The notes: generated by a model not told the origin, from the letters alone. Shown: positions 9,479 through 19,365, counted from the stretch's first letter. The stretch is 64,000 nucleotides of DNA from Candidatus Nanosyncoccus sp. (GCA_045660085.1 JAZRDA010000014.1:1984-65983); one strand, 5' to 3'. Translations and numbers: made by a program.

Positions 9479-12400
9479 TTAGAACTCCTCTCCGAGATCG
9501 ACGGTACCGTCATTTTCGTCAATCTCCGTTATTCCGATACCCTCTTCCGCCATCATCGCTTCAGCTTCGGTCTCATCGAGATCCAGAATCTGTGGCTCGG
9601 TATCTTTTTTATGTTGATCATATATAGATTGATCATCTTTAGACTTCTCAATTTCCTTCGAGGTCTTTTCTATTACATCTCCAGCATCAGCAACTTCACC
9701 ATGGTCTAGTAGGTCGACCTTAAGACCAAGACCTTGAAGCTCCTTAACGAGAACGTTGAAACCTTCAGGTAGCTTCGGCCCTTCGATCGGCTCGTGCTTA
9801 ATAATCGCCTCATAAGCCTTAGCACGCCCGTAGACATCATCCGACTTAATCGTGAGCATTTCCTGCAAAGTAGTAGCCGCACCGTAAGCTTCCAGTGCCC
9901 AGACTTCCATCTCCCCGAAACGCTGACCACCGTTTTGTGCTTTACCACCAAGCGGCTGCTGTGTCACCATCGTGTAAGGACCAGTCGAACGAGCATGAAT
10001 CTTATCCTCCACCATGTGATGAAGTTTCAGCATATGCATTACACCCACCGAAGTCCTCTCGTTAAACGGTTCACCAGTCAAGCCATCGTAAAGCTGCACT
10101 CTACCATCACGCGCAAAGCCAGCTTTTTCCAGCTCATCCGAAATCACTTCATCAGGCACACCGTTAAACGATGGGGTAGCAACCTTGTATCCAAGTGCTC
10201 TAGCCGCCATACCAAGGTGGGTTTCAAACAACTGTCCCAGATTCATACGCGAAGGCACACCCATTGGCGACAGAACAATATCAATCGGTGTACCGTCAGC
10301 CATAAATGGCATATCTTCGACTGGCAACACTCTCGAAACCACACCCTTATTACCGTGTCGCCCTGCCAGCTTATCACCTACGCCAATCTTACGCATTTCA
10401 GCCACGAAAATCTTAATTTGCATTATCACGCCGGCTTTAAGATCGTGTCCCTGCTCTCTCGTGTAAACACGTACGTCAACTACTTTACCAGTAGATGAGC
10501 CGTTCATTCTCACTGAAGTATCGCGGACATCTTTAGCTTTCTCGCCAAAGATAGCGCGGAGCAGTCGCTCTTCTGAGCTTAGCTCCTGCTCGCCTTTCGG
10601 TGTAATCTTACCTACTAAGATATCACCGTTCTTAACCTCAGAACCAATAGTCACGATACCATCCTCACCCAAATGTCTTAATGAATGTTCAGACACATTT
10701 GGAATATCACGCGTAACCTGTTCTGGACCAAGCTTAGTCTCACGCACCTCAACATCAAAATCTTTAATATTAATCGAAGTCAAGGTGTCGTCTTCTACTA
10801 AGCGATTCGAAATCACAATCGCATCGTCCATGTTATAACCACGCCATGGCATAAATGCGACTAACAAATCTCGCCCCAAGGCTAGCTCGCCATCATTAAT
10901 CGAAGCCCCCTCAATCAAAGCATCGTCTTTCTTAACCTTCTGGCCACGTGCTACCACGCATCGCTGGTTATAACAACGGTCATCATTGGTCTTCTCGAAA
11001 TGTTGCAGTCTATATTCGACATCGCCGCCCTTGTCATAGGTTACAATTACGCTCTGACTATCCGCCTTCTTAACTACGCCATTACCAGTAGCCATCACAA
11101 GCTGTGAAGTGTTCTTAGCGACTTCACGCTCAATACCAGTCCCGACAATCGGATTATCTTGGCGCAGTAGCGGCACAGCCTGTTTCTGCATGGCGCAGGC
11201 CATAAGTGAACGGTCAACCCGGTTCTTTTCCACAAATGGAATCAGCGATGCGGACACACCAAGAATCTCCTTATGCGCAGCATCAATATGAGTCACCCTC
11301 TTTGCCTCTACCTGTGCAGGCGTACCATGTACTCTTGCCGATACCCAATCCTCTACAAACCTTCCATCTTTATCAAGTTTCACCGAAGCATCAGCGATAA
11401 TTTTATCATTCTCCGTATCGGCATCCATATAAACTACTTCTTTGGTTGCTTTACCATCTTTCACTACAAGATATGGAGCTTCAATAAAACCGTATTCATT
11501 AATCTTGGCATACGTCGCAAAGTTGAGCACTAGGCCTACGTTACCACCTTCCGGAGTCTCAACCGTACAAATACGGCCATAATGAGTCGGATGAGCATCG
11601 CGTACATCAAATCCTGCTCTCTCACGAGTCAAACCACCAGGACCCATCGAGCTTAAACGGCGCTTATGTGCAAGCTCAGAGAACGGGTTTACCTCATCCA
11701 TTAATTGAGAAAGCTGCGAAGTCGCAAAGAATTCCTTCACCGCTGCAACTACTGGCCTTGAGTTAAGTAGCTGCGAAGGCGTTACGTCTTCTGGATTAGC
11801 CATTGACATACGGTCAAATATATTACGTTGCAAACGCAGCATACCTAATCTAAACTGCCTCTGGACCAATTCACCCACCAATTTCACTCGACGATTAGAC
11901 AGCGAATCGATGTCGTCTGGAGCTTCCTGAGTATTATTAAGACGAATAATCTCGGCCACGATAGCCTTCACGTCATCCATTTGCAGAGTTCTAAACTCTG
12001 GTTCGTTTGGTGTATCAAAACCTAGTCTACGATTAATTTTGAATCTACCTACTCTGGAGTAGTCATAACGCTTCTTGTCAAAGAAGGTTCTCTCAATCAT
12101 TGACCTAGCGTTTTCAACGGTAGCCAAGTCGCCTGGACGAAGCTTGCGATACACCTCAAGCAAAGCTTCACCTTGATTAGACGTAGTGTCCTTCTCAAAG
12201 GTCGCTTCGATATATTTACGCTCACCAGTGTCAACATCTTTAAAGGTATCGATGATTTGAGATTTAGTCATCCCGAGCGCTCTCAAGAACGTGGTAACCG
12301 GAATCTTACGACGACGATCAATCTTGACGAAAATCGCACCGTTTGCTGCCGTTTCAAACTCAAGCCAGGCACCTCGCCCCGGGATCACCTTAGCCCCATA

Positions 12401-12859
12401 ATAACGCCTCAAACCAATCGTCTCAGCATTAAAGAAGACTCCTGCCGAACGGATTAATTGCGAAACAATCACGCGCTCGGTACCATTAATGATGAAAGTT
12501 GCCCTTTCAGTCATCCACGGATAATCACCGAAATAAATATCCTGTTCCTTCTTCTGCCCAGTGGTCTTATTTTCAAGCTCGACCAGGACATGAAGTGGTG
12601 CCTCGTAAGTCGCAAGATTGTACTTAGCCTCTCGCTCTGTCTCCTTCGGGTCTTTAAAATAATAATCTTTAAAACGGAGTGAAAGTTTTTGTCCCGTATA
12701 GTCATCTATCGGGTTCAATTCTTCAAAAACCTCTCTCAGTCCATTTTTGACAAAGTCTGCCCACGATTCCTTTTGATGTGCAGTCAAATCAGGAATTGGC
12801 AGTGCTTGGTCTCCCTCGGTGAAAAAAACTCTCTCACCCGACTTTGGTTTTTTAGCCAT
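9479..12859 (-). CDS. rpoB: DNA-directed RNA polymerase subunit beta
   Basis: 1126 aa. Beta-subunit blocks GRHGNKGVVSRVLPVEDMPF, FGEMEVWALEAYGAA and SQLSQLMDEVNPFSELAHKRRLS. Confidence 0.96.
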   Translation of the reverse strand: MAKKPKSGERVFFTEGDQALPIPDLTAHQKESWADFVKNGLREVFEELNPIDDYTGQKLSLRFKDYYFKDPKETEREAKYNLATYEAPLHVLVELENKTTGQKKEQDIYFGDYPWMTERATFIINGTERVIVSQLIRSAGVFFNAETIGLRRYYGAKVIPGRGAWLEFETAANGAIFVKIDRRRKIPVTTFLRALGMTKSQIIDTFKDVDTGERKYIEATFEKDTTSNQGEALLEVYRKLRPGDLATVENARSMIERTFFDKKRYDYSRVGRFKINRRLGFDTPNEPEFRTLQMDDVKAIVAEIIRLNNTQEAPDDIDSLSNRRVKLVGELVQRQFRLGMLRLQRNIFDRMSMANPEDVTPSQLLNSRPVVAAVKEFFATSQLSQLMDEVNPFSELAHKRRLSSMGPGGLTRERAGFDVRDAHPTHYGRICTVETPEGGNVGLVLNFATYAKINEYGFIEAPYLVVKDGKATKEVVYMDADTENDKIIADASVKLDKDGRFVEDWVSARVHGTPAQVEAKRVTHIDAAHKEILGVSASLIPFVEKNRVDRSLMACAMQKQAVPLLRQDNPIVGTGIEREVAKNTSQLVMATGNGVVKKADSQSVIVTYDKGGDVEYRLQHFEKTNDDRCYNQRCVVARGQKVKKDDALIEGASINDGELALGRDLLVAFMPWRGYNMDDAIVISNRLVEDDTLTSINIKDFDVEVRETKLGPEQVTRDIPNVSEHSLRHLGEDGIVTIGSEVKNGDILVGKITPKGEQELSSEERLLRAIFGEKAKDVRDTSVRMNGSSTGKVVDVRVYTREQGHDLKAGVIMQIKIFVAEMRKIGVGDKLAGRHGNKGVVSRVLPVEDMPFMADGTPIDIVLSPMGVPSRMNLGQLFETHLGMAARALGYKVATPSFNGVPDEVISDELEKAGFARDGRVQLYDGLTGEPFNERTSVGVMHMLKLHHMVEDKIHARSTGPYTMVTQQPLGGKAQNGGQRFGEMEVWALEAYGAATTLQEMLTIKSDDVYGRAKAYEAIIKHEPIEGPKLPEGFNVLVKELQGLGLKVDLLDHGEVADAGDVIEKTSKEIEKSKDDQSIYDQHKKDTEPQILDLDETEAEAMMAEEGIGITEIDENDGTVDLGEEF

Positions 12860-13036
12860 TTTACCTCTTTTATTAGTGTTTAGTATCTTTTTGACAACAA
12901 ATCCAACAAAACAAACTCCCTTTTTGTTAGTATTAATTGTCTCAGCGCCGAAGATTACTGTTTTGTTTCCCCCTAAAGAGTCGCTGCCTCTATAAAGTTA
13001 CAAAAACAAAACACACTACTTCTTAACATTGATTAT

Positions 13037-13064
13037 ATTATATTCTTTTTTAAAAATCAAGCAA
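13037..13064 (-). promoter_or_regulatory. candidate sigma70-type promoter of rpoBC
   Basis: Minus strand reads TTGCTT, a 16-nt spacer, then TATAAT (a second overlapping TATAAT follows). About 170 nt upstream of the rpoB ATG, which implies a long leader. Confidence 0.45.
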
Positions 13065-13071
13065 AAAGTAC

Positions 13072-13099
13072 TTGAATTTTCTTAAAACATGTGTATAAT
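13072..13099 (+). promoter_or_regulatory. candidate plus-strand promoter (TTGAAT, 16-nt spacer, TATAAT)
   Basis: TTGAAT at 13072-13077 and TATAAT at 13094-13099. It points toward the hairpin/T-run at 13167-13196 with no ORF in between. Confidence 0.35.
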
Positions 13100-13105
13100 A
13101 AAGCA

Positions 13106-13197
13106 TAAGCTAACTAACTGCGAGTTCGCTTACAACATAAGAATCAAGTTGAGAGCTTATCTATGGCAAAAAATCCTCACCGTTGAGGGATTTTTTG
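13106..13197 (+). ncRNA. candidate ~90-nt small RNA (promoter to terminator, no ORF)
   Basis: Bounded by the promoter-like site at 13072-13099 and the terminator hairpin. Internal pairings ataagct/agcttat and gcga-gt-tcgc. No match to any RNA family I recognise. Confidence 0.2.
13167..13196. terminator. bidirectional rho-independent terminator
   Basis: aaaaaatcctcaccgttgagggatttttt: an 8-bp stem flanked by an A-run and a T-run. Lies downstream of khpA on the minus strand. Confidence 0.75.
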
Positions 13198-13294
13198 TTC
13201 GACAATCTTTATCCGCCAACTCGGACGAAAGTATATAACTATCGCAACAAAAATCGCAACTTTAAAAGTTGCGATTTTGCATACATCATAACCG

Positions 13295-13729
13295 TTAAAT
13301 ATCTAGGTCATCAAGATCGGCTAATTCCGCTCTGGTCTTCTCAGCTAATTCTGAAGTTTCTTCGTTCGTCTCTTCATCGTCATCCAAATCACTTTCTTCT
13401 TCAGGAGCAGCATTGTTTTCCACCGAATCGTCTTCCGTCTTTGCTTCTTCTCGCTTCTCAGGCTTCTCACCACCTTCAAATTCATCAGTATTTACGATCT
13501 TGAGATTGTAACGAGCATCTTGTTTTGTACCAAGCGCACGAAGCAATACTCTAATTGCTTGAGCGGTAACACCACGTTTACCAATCACCCTTCCCACATC
13601 TGATGGATCAACTGTAAGCGAAAGAAGCACACCCTTTTCATCGATTTTGCGCTCTACTGCTACCTTTTCAGGATTGTTGACTAAAGTTTTAACGATATAT
13701 TCTACGAATTGTTGGTCAATAGTAGCCAT
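13295..13729 (-). CDS. khpA: KH-domain RNA-binding protein (KhpA/YlqC-like) with acidic C-terminal tail
   Basis: KH core DVGRVIGKRGVTAQAIRVLLRALG. Conserved position after rpsP. Start set at MATIDQQ (13729), which has GGAG upstream. The C-terminal ~65 aa are Glu/Asp-rich. Confidence 0.8.
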   Translation of the reverse strand: MATIDQQFVEYIVKTLVNNPEKVAVERKIDEKGVLLSLTVDPSDVGRVIGKRGVTAQAIRVLLRALGTKQDARYNLKIVNTDEFEGGEKPEKREEAKTEDDSVENNAAPEEESDLDDDEETNEETSELAEKTRAELADLDDLDI

Positions 13730-13815
13730 GTTTTTCTCCATTTACATTATTGTTATGCAAATTATAGCACAAAAATAATAATTTAAAAACATAATCGCAT
13801 AATAGCTGAATTAAA

Positions 13816-14208
13816 TTATTCAGCAGACTCGGTTGGTGTTTCAGCAGCTGGAGCCTCAACAGCCTCAGTCGAAGCCTCAGCTGATGCCGCTTCCTTTGGC
13901 TGATTCTTGCGCAGTTTATCAGCATGTTTTGCAGCTACTTTCTTAACAGGTGCCTCTTTATACCATTTTGGTAACTTCACGCCATTCTTTTTCAAGATTA
14001 AGGCAACCCTAGACGAAGGTTGTGCGCCATTAGATAAATACTTTTCCACCAACTTCTTGTCCATAGTTAGGGCTTTAGTTGTCGGGTTATAGTTGCCGAC
14101 CAAAGCAACCACACGTCCCGAAAGCGGATGACACTGTGATTCTTGGACGACTATCCGGTACGTTGGATAATGTGACCGGCCATTACGTTGCATGCGAATC
14201 GCTAGCAT
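13816..14208 (-). CDS. rpsP: 30S ribosomal protein S16 with C-terminal extension
   Basis: MLAIRMQRNGRSHYPTYRIVVQES is the S16 N-terminus. AAGGAG lies upstream. About 45 extra Lys/Ala/Glu-rich C-terminal residues. Confidence 0.93.
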   Translation of the reverse strand: MLAIRMQRNGRSHYPTYRIVVQESQCHPLSGRVVALVGNYNPTTKALTMDKKLVEKYLSNGAQPSSRVALILKKNGVKLPKWYKEAPVKKVAAKHADKLRKNQPKEAASAEASTEAVEAPAAETPTESAE

Positions 14209-14300
14209 TGTTCTCCTTTATTACTTTTAATTTCACCATTATATCATATTTTTTAAATAATAAAAGGTTTAGCCCATCGCCCCCAGAAACTATCCGCAAA

Positions 14301-15023
14301 CTATTCAGCCTTTTCCTTCACACCACGCTCTAATGCACGATAACATTTTACGCCTTCCCTCGCTGCCGCCGTCTGCGCTTCTTGCTTAGAATGACCAGTA
14401 CCGGTTCCTTTTAAGGAGTTACCCACGTAAATCCCCACAGTAAAAGTCTTATCGTGATCCGGACCCTCTTCCTTCAGAGTGCGATAGACTGGTGTCAAAC
14501 CATCAATCTTCTGAGCTAATTCTTGGACATAAGATTTCGGATCACGCCACAAACCTTCCTCCAAAATCGTATCAATTTTTATCAAGATGTGCTTATTGAT
14601 AAAGCTTTTAGCCGCTTCATAACCTTGATCCAAATATATCGCACCAATTACCGCTTCGAAACAATCAGCTAGAATCACATCATGAGCTCTCTCCGAGCCA
14701 TGTTTTTCACCCTTAGATAATCTAACTAGCGGCTCATATCCTAATTCTTTTCCCGCATCGCCAATCGATTCGGTACGCACCAAAGCTGCCCTTAACGCCG
14801 TCATCACTCCTTCGGGATAATCATAATTGCGGTACAAGAAATCCGACGATACTAGTTCTAGTACTGCATCGCCCAAGAACTCTAATCTCTCGTTGTGTTC
14901 ATGCGCCGACTTATGTTCATTTACATAACTCCGGTGCGTAAGCGCAACCACTAGTAAATTGATATCTTTAAACTCAAAGCCAAGTTTTTCCTTCGCAAAC
15001 TCTTGGTACATTGATGTATCCAT
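14301..15023 (-). CDS. rnc: ribonuclease III
   Basis: RNase III signature NERLEFLGDAVLE and a C-terminal dsRBD (KSYVQELAQK...GTGHSKQEAQTAAAREG). Confidence 0.93.
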   Translation of the reverse strand: MDTSMYQEFAKEKLGFEFKDINLLVVALTHRSYVNEHKSAHEHNERLEFLGDAVLELVSSDFLYRNYDYPEGVMTALRAALVRTESIGDAGKELGYEPLVRLSKGEKHGSERAHDVILADCFEAVIGAIYLDQGYEAAKSFINKHILIKIDTILEEGLWRDPKSYVQELAQKIDGLTPVYRTLKEEGPDHDKTFTVGIYVGNSLKGTGTGHSKQEAQTAAAREGVKCYRALERGVKEKAE

Positions 15024-15057
15024 AGTCCTCCTTTATCCTACGAACTATTATAAATTG

Positions 15058-15636
15058 TTAATAATCTCCCGCCCGAATCTTCTTCTTTGCTATCAACATT
15101 AATTTCTCAATGTCGTCATATTCAATCGCCTCGAGAGCATCCGTAAAAGAAAACCATCTAATCCCCTTCATCCACTTCTCTGGCGTGGGCATTTCGTGAC
15201 TATCTAGAGCCTGAACCAAATAAATCTGAGTGGTCATTAATACTAGCTTATCCATTCGACGATACTTGAAATGAATTTTTCCAAGCCATGCCAGAATTGA
15301 AATGTTTGAAAGACCAGTTTCCTCTTCAATCTCGCGCCTTGCAGTCATCTTGGCCGTCTCGCCTGGTTCAATATGTCCCTTCGGAATAGTCCAGCGCTCC
15401 TTCGAATCCTGAATTAGTAAGATCTCAATGTCTTTCCTATCCTTAGTAAATCGAAAAACAATGCCACCAGAAGTTGGCTCACGCACAATCGACTGAATCG
15501 CTGCCTTTTTTCTAAAAACAGCTGATTTGATTTTCTCAAGGGGAGATTCTTTGATACGTTCCTCTGGCAAAGCCTCAGGAACCTTAAGCTTTCTCCTTGC
15601 CGTCGGTTCTATTGACGGATTTACTCTTTGCTCCAT
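15058..15636 (-). CDS. NUDIX hydrolase
   Basis: Nudix box [23 protein letters not shown]. The listed start overlaps the nusB 3' end by 53 nt, so the true start is uncertain. Confidence 0.8.
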   Translation of the reverse strand: MEQRVNPSIEPTARRKLKVPEALPEERIKESPLEKIKSAVFRKKAAIQSIVREPTSGGIVFRFTKDRKDIEILLIQDSKERWTIPKGHIEPGETAKMTARREIEEETGLSNISILAWLGKIHFKYRRMDKLVLMTTQIYLVQALDSHEMPTPEKWMKGIRWFSFTDALEAIEYDDIEKLMLIAKKKIRAGDY

Positions 15637-16078
15637 TTGTTTCTTCAGTTAAACCAAGCTTCTTAAAGGCAGTGCCAAGTACTCCATTGATAAACTTAGA
15701 AGAATTATCACTACCAAAAGCTTTAGCAAGCTCTACAGCTTCATTGATTGCAACCTTCGGCGGAATACTATCCCTACACTCCGAAAGTTCATATAGCCCC
15801 ATCCTTAGAACATTTCGATCAATTGCCGATATCGAACTAATCGGCCACTCTGGTGCCATTGGCTGAAGCGTTTTATCTAGCATTTCAAAGTTCTTCGCAA
15901 CATTACGAGCTAGATTATAAACAAATTCAGTATCACCAAGGGCCTTCTCGTATGGCTCGATATTCTTAGCGATGATAATGTCCAAATCGACGTCCGGGTC
16001 ACTAGCAAGAGTCCTCAGTTCATATTCATACAAACTCTGTAATACAATCACTCTACCTAAATGTCGATTACTTGCCAT
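15584..16078 (-). CDS. nusB: transcription antitermination factor NusB
   Basis: [19 protein letters not shown]-terminus and [10 protein letters not shown]...[14 protein letters not shown] blocks typical of NusB. Confidence 0.88.
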   Translation of the reverse strand: MASNRHLGRVIVLQSLYEYELRTLASDPDVDLDIIIAKNIEPYEKALGDTEFVYNLARNVAKNFEMLDKTLQPMAPEWPISSISAIDRNVLRMGLYELSECRDSIPPKVAINEAVELAKAFGSDNSSKFINGVLGTAFKKLGLTEETNGAKSKSVNRTDGKEKA

Positions 16079-16082
16079 ATTT

Positions 16083-16256
16083 TTAATTTTCTTTCCTTTT
16101 CTTTATAGTTTTAACTTTCAAATTAGGGGTCTTCTTCTTAGTCTCAAAAGCTTTAACTGGAGAAGTCTTGTTTACTCTCCGAGCCAAAGTCAATCTAAGA
16201 TGACTCCTCCGCAGCCCAGTCTTGCGTGGACTACTTTGTTTTTTAGGTTCAGGCAT
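16083..16256 (-). CDS. rpmF: 50S ribosomal protein L32 (Cys-free)
   Basis: 57 aa, below the track cutoff. [38 protein letters not shown]... matches the L32 N-terminal K/R-x-S...RRSH-x-L pattern. AAGGAG lies 4 nt upstream of the ATG at 16254-16256. Confidence 0.75.
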   Translation of the reverse strand: MPEPKKQSSPRKTGLRRSHLRLTLARRVNKTSPVKAFETKKKTPNLKVKTIKKRKEN

Positions 16257-16297
16257 TTTGCTCCTTAGTTTAATAGATAATTTTACTTATTCTATCA

Positions 16298-16504
16298 CTA
16301 TTTTTCCAATTTCGCAAGAGCTCTCTTGATAGCTGGCCTATCAAATCCTACAATTCTTTCATCACCAATAATCGTCACCGGTACGGTAGCAATATCTGGC
16401 TCTTCAGTAGCATCTTTTTCGACATACTTTATTCCCTTAGAATCAAACCAATCCATTAAGGCGTGACAGTATGCACAAGTTGGGGTTGTATATATCTCTA
16501 TCAT
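16298..16504 (-). CDS. glutaredoxin/NrdH-like small thioredoxin-fold protein
   Basis: 68 aa. IEIYTTPTCAYCHALMDWF has a CxxC active site in the Grx/NrdH layout. Confidence 0.75.
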   Translation of the reverse strand: MIEIYTTPTCAYCHALMDWFDSKGIKYVEKDATEEPDIATVPVTIIGDERIVGFDRPAIKRALAKLEK

Positions 16505-17007
16505 GATTCCATTATAGCATACATTGCTATACCGGCCGCTACGGAAACATTAAAAGATTCCTTCTTACCTTTCATCGGTATTTCAAGGAACAAATCAACG
16601 GTATCATATAACGAACGATCAATTCCTTTTACCTCTTCTCCTAGTATTAAAACAATTTTGTCGGACAGTTTCTTTCCTATGCCCGCTGTTCCTAGTTTTA
16701 AAAGGTTATCAGTAGTGATATTGTCCTCAAGACCGATGACCTGCCAGCCCGTCTTTTTATATTTAACTAAGTCGGCCTTGATATTATCCGACGAAGCTAT
16801 CGTAAGCAAATCTTCCGCACCTAGCGCCGTTTTGTGTATCTCGCGGTCTAACTTGTCTCTTAAGTGTGGCAATAGTGATTTATCGTGAATCCTGGGAGTA
16901 TATCCAGATAAGATTACCTTATTAACGCCAAAACCCTCAGCGGTTCTTAGAATCGCCCCCACATTATAACAAGATCTAATATTATCAAGTACTAATACTA
17001 ATTTCAT
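16501..17007 (-). CDS. TrmH/SpoU-family RNA 2'-O-methyltransferase
   Basis: SpoU blocks LVLDNIRSCYNVGAILRTAEGFGV and IPMKGKKESFNVSVAAGIAMY. Confidence 0.8.
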   Translation of the reverse strand: MKLVLVLDNIRSCYNVGAILRTAEGFGVNKVILSGYTPRIHDKSLLPHLRDKLDREIHKTALGAEDLLTIASSDNIKADLVKYKKTGWQVIGLEDNITTDNLLKLGTAGIGKKLSDKIVLILGEEVKGIDRSLYDTVDLFLEIPMKGKKESFNVSVAAGIAMYAIMES

Positions 17008-19316
17008 TAGACAACAAGGTTTACCAGATTTGCTTTTTTCACGAAAATCGTTTTCTTAATGCCACCCTTTATGTAGCCGGCAACTTTTTCGTCTGATTCT
17101 ATTTTGTCAAGTACTTTGGCTTCATCTTCCAGATCGCTCTTATCAATAACTATCTTCGCCCGTAGCTTACCGTTAATCTGAACCACCAATTCCACCGTTT
17201 CCGTAGTCAAATATTTCTCGTCCCACTTCGGCCATTCATCATCAGCCTCATATTTTTCCAACATTTCAGAGGCAAGATGTGGAGCAAAAGGTTTCAACAG
17301 TTTCGCCAAAGTAATCAAATCGCAAGCAGTGGCACCTTCCTTATATAATTCATTGACATACTCCATCAAAGATGCCACCGCAGTATTGAAGTTATATTTA
17401 TGAATATCCTCAGTAACCTTCTTGATGGTTTTATTCCGAATGGTAGCATTTTTCTCGCTCGCAGAATCATCTTCCGATGATACGATAGAATCGCCAAAGC
17501 AGAGATTATAACATCTGTTTAAAAATCTATAGACACCACCCACCGACCGCGTATCCCACGCCGCATCCAGATCATATGGACCGATAAACATCTCATAAAC
17601 ACGTAAAGTATCTGCACCATATCCATCATTAATAACATCTAGCGGATCAATTACGTTGCCTTTCGATTTCGACATCTTTTTACCATCCGGAGCATTGATG
17701 TATCCGTTATAAAGTAGCTTCTTAATCGGCTCTCTGAAAGGCAAATATCCTTCATCCGCAAAAAACTTACACCAAAATCTAATGTAAAGTAAATGTGCCA
17801 CCGCATGATCACCACCACAATAATAATCTACCGGTTCCCAGTAAGAAATCGCTTCCGGATCCCAAGCATGCTCAGCATCGTGCGGCGAAGCATAACGCCA
17901 TAAATACCAAGACGAACAAGCATAGCCATCAAGAGTGTCCGTCTCCCTCGTCATTTCTTCTAAGTGTGTCTTGCCAGTTTTTGGATCCTTCACCGGAAGC
18001 TTTACTTTGAGCCATTCTTTCGCCTTTGCAAGTGCCGAACGACCAGATTTGTCTGGTTTATAATCATCAATTTTTGGTAAAACGACTGGCAACTGGTCCT
18101 CCGGAATAGCATGCGGATTACCCTCCTTGTCATAAGCAATCGGAATCGGACAACCCCAATATCTTTGACGACTAATCAGCCAATCGCGCATCCGATAAGT
18201 CGTCTTCGGCGTACCATATAAATCACGCTCCACTATTTCAGTCTCAACTATAGGCAAGTCGAACTTCTCCGCAAATTCACGATCTCTCTCGTCATTAAAT
18301 GGCACCGCCATAATCGCCCCAGTCCCATAGCCAGAAAGCACATAATCAGCCACCCAAATCGGTATCTCCTCTTTCGTAGCAGGATTAATCGCATATGCTC
18401 CTGTAAATACACCCGTCTTTTCCTTATTTTCTTGTCTCTCAATTTCAGATTTTTTCAGAGCATCGGCACAATACTTCACTACCGCTTCCCTCGCATCGTC
18501 AGAAATGATGAAATCCAAGTTCACATATTCTGGTGCAACTACAAGGAATGTCGCACCCTTTATCGTATCTGGCCTCGTCGTAAACACTGTAATATTATAT
18601 GCGCTATTCTTAACCTTAAAATCAATTTCTGCGCCTGCACTTCGCCCAATCCAGTTCTTCTGCATCGTTTTTATCTTGTCTGGCCAATCCAAAGCATCGA
18701 TATCTTCAAGTAATTCATCAGCATACTCTGTAATTTTAAAGAACCATTGCTTCATTTTCTTCTTTTCAACCTCATGGCCACATCGCCAGCAATGCCCATT
18801 CTCAACCTGCTCATTTGCAAGCACCGTCTGGTCGACCGGACACCACCACTGATATGATTCCTTCTGATAAGCTAATCCCTTTTTGAAGAGCTGTAAGAAA
18901 CACCACTGTGTCCATTTATAATACTCAGGATCAGAAGTGTTAATCTCACGGTCCCAATCAATTGCATAACCTAACCTCTTAGCTTGCTTACGAAAATTCG
19001 CGATATTGGTCTCAGTTACATCCTGCGGCGCAGTGCCGGTCTTAATCGCATAATTCTCTGCCGGCAAACCAAAGGTATCATAACCAAACGGTCGCATGAC
19101 ATTTAGCCTCTGTTGCTCATAAAATCTTGTTAGTACATCAACAATTGTAAAATTCCGCACATGCCCAACGTGTAGTCCAGCACCAGATGGATAAGGAAAC
19201 ATCTCCGCAAGAAACATCTTAGGGACACCAAGCTTGATCTCGGCCTTATATGGTTTTTCTTTTTCCCATTTTTTTTGCCATTTTTCTTCAATTTCTAAAG
19301 GATTATATCTTTTCAT
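17007..19316 (-). CDS. leuS: leucine--tRNA ligase
   Basis: 769 aa. HIGH-type motif (GLHVGHVRN), KMSKSKGN, and the LeuRS editing/CP1 region. Confidence 0.95.
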   Translation of the reverse strand: MKRYNPLEIEEKWQKKWEKEKPYKAEIKLGVPKMFLAEMFPYPSGAGLHVGHVRNFTIVDVLTRFYEQQRLNVMRPFGYDTFGLPAENYAIKTGTAPQDVTETNIANFRKQAKRLGYAIDWDREINTSDPEYYKWTQWCFLQLFKKGLAYQKESYQWWCPVDQTVLANEQVENGHCWRCGHEVEKKKMKQWFFKITEYADELLEDIDALDWPDKIKTMQKNWIGRSAGAEIDFKVKNSAYNITVFTTRPDTIKGATFLVVAPEYVNLDFIISDDAREAVVKYCADALKKSEIERQENKEKTGVFTGAYAINPATKEEIPIWVADYVLSGYGTGAIMAVPFNDERDREFAEKFDLPIVETEIVERDLYGTPKTTYRMRDWLISRQRYWGCPIPIAYDKEGNPHAIPEDQLPVVLPKIDDYKPDKSGRSALAKAKEWLKVKLPVKDPKTGKTHLEEMTRETDTLDGYACSSWYLWRYASPHDAEHAWDPEAISYWEPVDYYCGGDHAVAHLLYIRFWCKFFADEGYLPFREPIKKLLYNGYINAPDGKKMSKSKGNVIDPLDVINDGYGADTLRVYEMFIGPYDLDAAWDTRSVGGVYRFLNRCYNLCFGDSIVSSEDDSASEKNATIRNKTIKKVTEDIHKYNFNTAVASLMEYVNELYKEGATACDLITLAKLLKPFAPHLASEMLEKYEADDEWPKWDEKYLTTETVELVVQINGKLRAKIVIDKSDLEDEAKVLDKIESDEKVAGYIKGGIKKTIFVKKANLVNLVV

Positions 19317-19322
19317 AAAAAA

Positions 19323-19328
19323 ATTATA
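19323..19328 (-). promoter_or_regulatory. -10 box (TATAAT) 6 nt upstream of the leuS ATG; leaderless-type promoter
   Basis: Minus strand reads ggTATAATttttttATG. No Shine-Dalgarno is possible in the 6-nt T-run. Confidence 0.5.
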
Positions 19329-19333
19329 CCATA

Positions 19334-19361
19334 AATCTCAGATAAATAAAATTCTGAGATT
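19334..19361 (-). terminator. hairpin (candidate terminator after the glycosyltransferase gene)
   Basis: aatctcaga / tctgagatt 9-bp stem. The trailing U-tract on the minus strand is weak. Confidence 0.4.
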
Positions 19362-19365
19362 CCTA

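Noticed and set aside
9794-10498. 234-aa plus-strand ORF (with other long plus-strand ORFs at 799-1227, 16463-16888, 46212-46769, 54194-54715 and 63334-63804)
   Set aside because: All lie antisense to, and entirely inside, strongly supported genes (rpoB, rpoA, trmH, the adhesin, rpsC, the M16-like gene). Their translations are low-complexity or Ser/Leu/Arg-rich with no motifs. They are typical shadow ORFs.
13716-13925. 69-aa minus-strand ORF bridging the rpsP and khpA region
   Set aside because: It overlaps the rpsP 3' end in another frame and the khpA promoter region. It has no SD, and its Leu/Arg-rich repetitive translation is typical of an out-of-frame reading of the Lys/Glu-rich rpsP tail.
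15972-16268. 98-aa plus-strand ORF in the nusB upstream gap
   Set aside because: The opposite strand encodes a 57-aa protein with an L32 signature and a proper SD (16083-16256). The plus-strand ORF has no SD and overlaps the nusB 5' end.
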